DNA of 63,690 bases, the filler included, from Reclinomonas americana ATCC 50394 (lineage: Eukaryota): the NCBI GenBank assembly GCA_048213135.1. It is 4 parts of 3 records of this genome, joined end to end, with 100 filler letters (N's around TTAATTAATTAA, not from the genome) between each part and the next. Parts side by side here need not be neighbours in the genome. Positions count along the whole stretch, not along the records: positions 48,764 to 60,286 come from PS015510.1; positions 60,387 to 63,690 come from PS015514.1; 2 more parts are not named here. The stretch is one strand, 5' to 3'. Shown piece after piece: positions 56,601 through 63,690 of this stretch. Every line of letters begins with the position of its first letter. The stretch's first letter is position 1. The notes under the pieces were generated by a model that made no database searches, was not told the DNA's origin, and worked only from the letters and a program-made list of their open reading frames with translations. The position numbers and the translations under genes were made by a program.

Positions 56601-57924
56601 CTCTTGTGGTGTAGCTGTCATACTGTTGCGCGTTGTGTTCACTGTGCGTGCAGACAATGTACAGTTGCTGCACACCAAGGACCGGTGGATTCGGGAGTGC
56701 CGCCAAGTGAGGGTGAGTGAGCCAAATAGTCGTGCTCCCACCACGCGCTTTGCATTCTCACTGTTTTCGTGTGCTGCTACTGCGCAGGAGGATGAGGAAC
56801 CGTGCAAAGTGGTCGGTACGCTGCATCTGCACATGCGTGTCACCAGAGAGACGGCGTTGTATGGCGAGTGGCAGACGGATGAATGGAACCCGCCGCCAGT
56901 GGTGAACGTTGCGTTGTTGCTGCTCGCTGCGCTTTTTGTTGCCGCGATGGCACTCACGCGACTCATCTCGACAGGGTGTGATTCCCCGCAATGAGCGCGG
57001 CAACATTGATCTCTGTGAGTTCCCGCGTTAGTTTGCCTCTTGTGAACAAGCCTCATCTCGTTGGTCAATCGCAGGGACGGATCGGCACTTGCCGCGTGGT
57101 GCTGTTCACGTCAATTTACCGCGCATTCAGAATGTGGCCAAGAAGTTGCGCGCCTGCGTCGTTCTCCTTTCTCGTGCGATGCTCAATTCGCGCTCCAGGC
57201 TGGGCATTGATTACGCGCCGGCAATGGTCGGCTTTGATATTCACTGCGGTCGCTCAATCCCCGACATCAAGGGCATTGTGATTGCCACGGAGCACGAGGA
57301 TGCGTTGCGGGAGGTGTGTCGTGCCTGGGTGTGCTCCAATATGGGCAGTCTGATACTCACCCTTATGTGACAGGCGTACATGGAGGTGGAACGGGAGCGG
57401 CTGGTGAAGTTGGAGGAAAAGATCATTCGGCAGGTGGCGGCGCGGTGGGAGAAGCTAACGCGAGGATTGCTGACAAAGCATCGCATTCAGCAAAACTACA
57501 TGGTGAGCGATTGCGTGAGAGTCGGGAGAGGGCGAGCTGTTCGTGGCTAACCACTTGACGGCATCCGCAGGTGCTCAGCAAGAAAGCAGAGCAGCATGCA
57601 GCATCGCTTCGACGTTGCGTGGCAGCTGTGGGGAGTGTTTCACGTTACCGGGTATTCATTTGCATTCTGGCAGTGGAGGGTGAGGATGTCAAGCAGGAGG
57701 AGGAGGAGCAGGAGGACGAGAAGAAGAGCAGGAAGAATGCCAAGAAGAAGCCGCAGAAGCGCAAGGTGCTGGAGGATGAGGAGGAGGATGACGACGAGGA
57801 CGAGGAGGACGAGGAGGAGGATCAGGCGGAGGAGGAGGACGAGGAGGAGGAGAAGGGTGCTGGCAAGTCGAGCACGCTGCGGAAGCTGGCGTCTGGTTTG
57901 GTGGTGGAGGTGGAGACCTTGTAG
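50619..57924 (+). CDS. XPC: DNA repair protein XPC/Rad4 with a long repetitive N-terminus
   Basis: HKVHLLLL, WVEVY, VRDVTPRYA, YKTHPLYCMERHL, GEAVYPR, LYGEWQT, IPRNERGNIDL, LGIDYAPAMVGFD and IKGIVI (Rad4 transglutaminase-like domain and BHD1-3). Confidence 0.96.
51405..52490 (+). repeat. Coding tandem repeat in XPC, about 13 copies of an ~87-bp (29-aa) unit
   Basis: KPVKQRAAKRGKKAPSPSASEEDDSEEEV alternating with KPARKPAAKRGKK variants. Confidence 0.95.
55441..55506. repeat. Dispersed ~70-bp element, copy 2 (in an XPC intron)
   Basis: Similar to 3671-3740, with an identical 25-bp core. Confidence 0.75.
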
Positions 57925-58460
57925 AGAGATGAATCGTAGATGTACATGTTGTTGCTGACTCGGGGAGAAGAGGAGGACGTGTAGTGGAGGGGCTGAAGGA
58001 GGAGAAGGCCAATCTCGCTGAGTAGATACAGAGTTGCTGCGATGGGTGAACTAAAGAGAAGAGAAAAAAGTGCGAGGTAATGCAGGGGCAGGAGGAGAAA
58101 AGCGATGGCACTCGAACAGCGGAAAGCTTCTGTGATACGGTGCAGCAGAAATCGGGAGGAGGGAAAAGAATGCCCTTCGGAAGCAAATGTGTTAGAGGGA
58201 CATGCGCAGGAGGAGGAGGAGGAGAATGGCGTGGCAAGCCGAGCTCGCAGAAGCTGGCGTCGGGTTTGGTGGAAGGCAGCGAAGACGGAATGGTTCAAGG
58301 GTTCTGCCACGTGATAATGCTGGCCGACCAAGCAGATCAACGTTGCAACTGTCGCCGGAAGAATAAGCACATGAACAAAGGAGCTGCGGTTGACCGACGG
58401 ACTGCTAACGAGTGGTGATAGGTGCAAGACTGACGTTGCCGGCAGGACAACTCGCTTCTA

Positions 58461-59723
58461 ATGTTCCTGCTCGGCGCCGACGAACCTGGCATCGTCTGCA
58501 ACATCCTCAGCTTCCTCCCACCCTCCGACCTCCTCCTTGTTGCGACACTCTCTCACACACGCACTCAGTCTCACACGCTCACTCTGTTGTCTCAGCGCGC
58601 GGCTGTTGTCTGCCAAGCCTGGCACCACTGCTCGCAAGAAGACGCAGTGTGGGTGCGCCTGCTGCCCTCACTATGGCCATCCTCCGATCGCCGCACATGC
58701 ATGCTGCTCAAGCATCGTGATCACACGAGACTGCTGCAAAGAGTGGCATCCTCTGTCGTGCTCCGTCGCCTGCTCAAGCGAGTCGCGGAGGCAGAAGGAG
58801 GAGCAGGAGCAGGAGGACCAATGGACAGTGGGCAGTGCAGTCGACTGGTGTTTCGAGGGAGCAAGCGGGTGCAGCCGGAGATTAATCCGGATGGGGCGCC
58901 CATGCGGACGCACATGTTTGTGGATGCGGTGTTGCCGGGTGGTGGGTTTGTGGGGCGGATGCAGTACTGGTATACGGTGGAGGATCCCGGGTATGCGGCG
59001 ATGGAGCCGGCGGGTGAGGAGAAAGGGGGGAGAAGGGGAAGGGAAAGGGGGGAAAGGGGAAGGGAAACGGGGGGGAAAGGGAGAGGTGAAGGGGAGAAAA
59101 AGCAATGAGCAAGAAGCCGGCAGGTGAGGAAAGGGGGAGAACAAGGGGGACAGTGAAAGGGGGATGAACAGGAGAAGGGAGAAGGTGAGAGGAGAGAAGA
59201 GTGAAGTGCACACTGTGGAGAAAGAGCGATGAGCAAGGAGTCGGCAGGTAAGGAAAGCGGGAAGAAGGGGAAGAGAAGCAGGGACAAGGGAGCAGAGGAG
59301 AAGTGTGAAGAAGGGAGACGGATAAAGTGCACTCTGTGGAGAAAGAGTGATAAGCAAGGAGTCGGCAGGTGAGGAAAGCGGGAAGAAGGAAGAAGGGGAG
59401 GAGAGGAGAAGAAGGAAGAAGGATAAAGTGCACGCTGGGGAGAGTGAACAACGAGCAGGGGCGATATCTGGCACGGCGTCCAGTCTCGCTTGACTTTGCG
59501 GGAGATATTGGTGAGCTGCACTGTTGTCACTCACCGTCCCTCTTGCCCACGCAGTGTGTCGTATCACCGGACGACTTGTGAGTGTGGAAGACGAGGGGCG
59601 CGTGGCACAGCTGACGTTTGAGGAGAACAGCGTGCACGTGAGCGAGTTTATTGCGCGCATCATTAGACAAGCAAGGCTGAGCGATTGCCTGCGCAGAATC
59701 CGGAGCGTGGACGCGGCATGCAA
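58461..59723 (+). CDS. F-box protein (partial; start may lie further upstream, 3' end truncated)
   Basis: Spliced IVCNILSFLPPSDLLL/RAAVVCQAWHHCSQEDAVWVRL matches the F-box pattern; further in-frame exons follow. Confidence 0.8.
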
Positions 59724-60330
59724 GTGTGGCTCGGACCGAGTGGGAGCTTTGAGTATGGTGGGTGTGGGGAGGAGAGGAGAGGAGAGGAGGAGAGAGAGAG
59801 AGATAGTGGGAGAAGGAACACTCGGTTATTGTGCTCTACAGTATCTCTCTTGCCCACTGCGTCCGTTCTTGCATGAGAGAGAGAGAGAGAAAGACGAAAA
59901 AGACAAAGAGAGAAAGAAGGGAGAGAGACAGCACAATCGATTATATGCATGTCGCCCTTTCTCGCCACATGACTTCCCTCCATTTCTCTTATGCATGAGA
60001 ATGCATGGTATGCAAGATCACTCCCTCTCACTTCTGCATCTCTCTCTCTCTCTCTCAATGCTGAATGGGAGAGAGAATGCATTACGCTCGATATGTCCGA
60101 TCACTACCTCACTCTCTTCCGCCTCTCTTTCACTCTCATTCTCACCTTTCCCCCTGTCTCTCCCTCCATTCATCTGCCTATCTGCGTGTATGTGTGAGAG
60201 AGCGTGTGCCTTCCGCTCGATATGTCCGATCACTCTCTGTTACTCTGCATCCCTGCCTCCTTCTCTCTCTCTTTCTCTCTCTCTCTNNNNNNNNNNNNNN
60301 NNNNNNNNNNNNNNNNNNNNNNNNNNNNNN

Positions 60331-60342
60331 TTAATTAATTAA
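60331..60342. other. Artificial six-frame-stop scaffold linker
   Basis: TTAATTAATTAA flanked by N runs. Confidence 0.95.
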
Positions 60343-60498
60343 NNNNNNNNNNNNNNNNNNNNNNNNNNNNNNNNNNNNNNNNNNNNCGTTACGTTAACGG
60401 TAAACGGAAAACGAAACGTAACGAAACGAACGGACGGACGTACTACTACTACTACGTACGTACGTACGACGAACGAACGAACGACTACGTCCTACCTC

Positions 60499-60559
<61 letters not shown>

Positions 60560-60674
60560 ATCGCACACATTTTTGATCATCCTTGCGCTCTCTGTTCTAA
60601 TCTCTCTCGACAGTTGCTCCCCTCCGTCCCTTTCTCCCCCTTTCCCCTCCTCCCTTCCGTCCTCCCCAACTCAC

Positions 60675-61638
60675 CACCAATATCCCACAAATGCACTCGC
60701 ACACGACTGCCGTTCCACAAGAGGCCCTTGATGTGAAAATCAACGCCCAGCGTCTTCAAATACGCATTCTTGAACTCATCCTTCGTGTACCGCATCACCA
60801 GCGACGTCTTCCCACAGCCCTGCTCGCCGACCACGATAATCTTCACAATCGGCTCCTTGTCGCCCCAACCTGCACCATGCGCCGACGCACTCGCCCTGCT
60901 CAACAACCCCGACGCACTCGCCGTCGACTCCAACGCCCTACGATGCCGTCCCGAGTGCGATCCCCCTACAGACTCCGACACAGTGGTCGACTCCTCGCGA
61001 TGCACTCGCTCCCCGCGACTGACAACAATCGTCTCCGCCTATCATGACAAGAGTGATCGATCAGACATGACACATGCGAGATTCGTCTGATGCCGTGTTT
61101 CCCGCTGCTCACCGCCACTGGTGCCACGACAGACAGCTCGCCGTGACTGTGATAGTGATGATGATGATGTCTGGCGTGTCTCTGTGGTGACACGCCTTCT
61201 CCTTCTCCAGTCACCACTGACTCTTGTGTTGTTGGTGACAGTGGTGCTTGCTTGGGTGTCATGGCGGCGACACGTGTCGTGTCGAGTGGCTCTGAGGAGG
61301 AGGCGGAGGAGGCGGAGGAGCGCGAGGAGGCCAGAGAGGGCGGGGACACGGGTGCAGAGTCGCTTTCCGCGGCGACGACGACGACGCAGGGTGTGGGAGA
61401 GGCAATGATGACAGCGGCCGCCTGTGTGTGAGAGTGAGTGAGTGAGTGAGTGAGAGAGAGTGTGTGAGTGAGTGAGTGAGAGAGAGTGTGTGAGTGAGAG
61501 AGAGCAGGAGAGAGTGTCAGTGAGCGTGGAATCTGATCTCTCTCTGTCACTCACTCACGCGCGCGTGCACACATCCTTGTGCGTGAGAGTGTGCTTGTGT
61601 GTTGTGTGTGTTGTGTACGCAACAGTGGCCGCACTCAT
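60675..61638 (-). CDS. Rab-family small GTPase, Rab32/38/29-like, with a long N-terminal extension (3' part missing)
   Basis: KIIVVGEQGCGKTSLVMRY (G1), YLKTLGVDFHIK (G2) and LLWNGSRVRVHLWDIGG (G3). ATG at 61638 in a CACCACCATG context. Confidence 0.85.
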
Positions 61639-62607
61639 GGTGGTGTCGGCGATAATTCTTACGCGAAAACGGCTCTGTGTGTGCAGAGCGCGCGGGACCG
61701 GTTGATTGGTGATTGGTGGTGGCCGTGTTCACTCTTCCCTTTGCTGCTTTGTGTAAAAAGGAAGCGAGTGGCGTTGGCGTGTGCGTCGGGGCGCGAAACG
61801 ATAAAAGGTTGGCTGTGTCGATCGTTGTGCAATTCGTGGCGGCTGACCTTGCGATATCGAGCTTGTCAACTGACCGAGCGGCGAATCGGGCCGATCGGGG
61901 TTTCTCGTTGTACGGGAATATGTAATTGAGGCGTGCTGGGTGCTCGTCTGGGTCCGGTCGGGAAGGGAACGGGATGGGAAGGTGAATTCGAATTCGAAAG
62001 GCCTGCATGCCGATCCGGTGAAAACTGGATGTTCGGGGTGAGCGCAGCGTTCACCTCCGCAAAGTGCGCAGCAGTGCAGGAGAGGCTGGATGCAAGGTGC
62101 CCGTGCATTGCCTACCGTTTTCCATGGAGTTTCTCGCACAAACAGCAGCATTTGCAATTCGCGAGTGGCAATTGCATTTCGAATTCGTCGCACAGTTGTC
62201 GCACGAGCAGCATTCTCGCTTCCACAGCTATATTTGAGGAGGCGACCGTCATGCCGTGCTGCTTCTGCGGAAAGCCGTGGACTTGTATCGTCGTCGTTTG
62301 TGAATTCGAAAACCAGCAACGATGCATGCATATGAATTCGGAAATCGCAGCACAAGCGCAGCGCGCGCGCGCTGTGCGGCCTACTCGCTCCATCATGGAT
62401 TTCTGTCGCGTCACAGTATTCGGTTGCAGAAGCAGCGCGTACTCGCGGGACACTGTAAGCTGCAGCTGTGCTATCGATCGTTTCTTGTGTGTCCTGAACT
62501 TTTTCTGTGAGCACGCAATACGCAACGCAGCATACGAGCACCGCAACGTGTTTACCTGCAACAACAACAACACCAGCACCAACTTCAATCAATCATCAGC
62601 ATCGAGA

Positions 62608-63690
62608 ATGTCGGTGTGTTGACACATGTATTGATGCACGACATGGGGGACGCGACATATTGGAATGGCTTCGCTCATGTTGTGTACTTGTGTTGTGTAC
62701 GCTGTGACGTCGCCCACTGTCAGTTTTCTGTGAACGTCAGTGCAGCACATGATTCGTCGCTGTCGGTGGTGGTAGAGGGCTTGTCAGCCATGTCCACTCT
62801 CGCGGACTTGCTGCGCGAGGCCACACGCCTGCTGCGTGAGACGAGTGGAGATGGAGAGTTGGAGATTGTGGGGATGGAGAAGCCGCTGTCACTCAGCATT
62901 GAGTTTGTCGGTGGCGTGCCCCTCGTCGGACTCGGCATCAACTCATCCACTCATCTCGTTTTCCGTGTGAACCTTCGCGTGGCGCTGCAGTCGAATGGAG
63001 GAAGTGGGACTGGGAGTGGAAGGTATGTGTCTTGAACGCATCATCGTCAGCGCAAGCATGCAACTCACTCATCTTTACACAGCAACTCGGAACAAGCGAC
63101 TCGGTTTGTGTTGCTTGCCTTCGTCAACCTTCTCCCTTCCTTGATCCTCCACTCGAAGCGAGTCTGTGCTGACTGCGTTTGTGCACACACAGTATGATCA
63201 ACTTCAATCGCGTCAACATGGCCTCGCAGGTGGTGGAGGAGGCTGTGCGTCTGCGCTGTCAACGCGTTCTGGCGCAGTTCAGTCGCGATCATCCCGAGTT
63301 TGATGTGCGGGCGTGGGTGCCGAGTTACACGCCTGCTGGCATGGATGCGGCGGCGGTGAAGGCATGGCGATCACGATATGTGCCTGTCACTGGGTGGCAG
63401 GTCAAGCTATTCAGGGAGGTGTATAAGGAAGTGTTCACATGGCGTGCGGCATTCGACGCCGCCCCCTCGTCCGACCCTCCGTGTGACCGTTTCGACACGA
63501 CGGCACTCACGTCCATCATGCTGTATGGTGGCCTCATTCTTGATGACGGCTGCAAGCTGTTACTGATTGACAATGCTGATGAACGCAAGGCGGTGGAGCA
63601 GCTGCGTGACGTGAGGAACGAGTTGGCGCATGGTTCTTTGGCGTGGACGGATGACACGGTGCAACAGCACCTCGGTGACAGTGGTGTTTT
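62608..63690 (+). CDS. Ubiquitin-like domain + HEPN (RNxxxH) domain protein; runs off the window end
   Basis: Exons 62608-62613, 62724-63022, a micro-exon at about 63084-63103 and 63193 to the end. The last exon, absent from the ORF track, encodes DRFDTTALTSIM..AVEQLRDVRNELAHG. Confidence 0.7.

Noticed and set aside
57614..57673. Further shifted-donor candidates (57614 GTTGCGT; also GTTTCGT near 56439 and GTTGAGT near 40418)
   Set aside because: Plausible, but either not pinned by a conserved motif or of a different sequence form, so they were left out of the count of 22.
61729..62622. Overlapping 229-287 aa ORFs in the Rab/Ubl-HEPN intergenic region
   Set aside because: No recognisable domains or splice structure, and open frames of this length are common on both strands of this GC-rich sequence.

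Overview
Eukaryotic, GC-rich, intron-dense protist-like draft sequence; the species cannot be named from the sequence. The window is four scaffolds concatenated with N-TTAATTAATTAA-N linkers (27134, 48708, 60331), with many N gaps, microsatellite-rich introns and pyrosequencing-type TACG artefacts. Manual exon reconstruction gives about 15 genes: an acylated Pro-rich protein, two tandem GT31 glycosyltransferases with an unassigned N-terminal domain, TMEM131, a partial Pro-rich protein, a cytochrome P450, a divergent actin-related protein (possibly fused to an upstream PH domain), ATG8, a probably mitochondrial orphan, a MAPK-like kinase fused to WD40 repeats, glycerol kinase, XPC/Rad4 with a 29-aa repeat array, an F-box protein, a Rab32/38-like GTPase and a ubiquitin-like + HEPN protein. 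The most striking signal is a second, abundant class of 5' splice sites: GTTGCG/GTTGAG/GTTACG, the normal donor with one extra T. I placed 22 of them, and 21 follow an exon that lacks the -1 G. Three small contigs appear mis-oriented inside scaffolds. All gene models are by eye and need RNA-seq confirmation.
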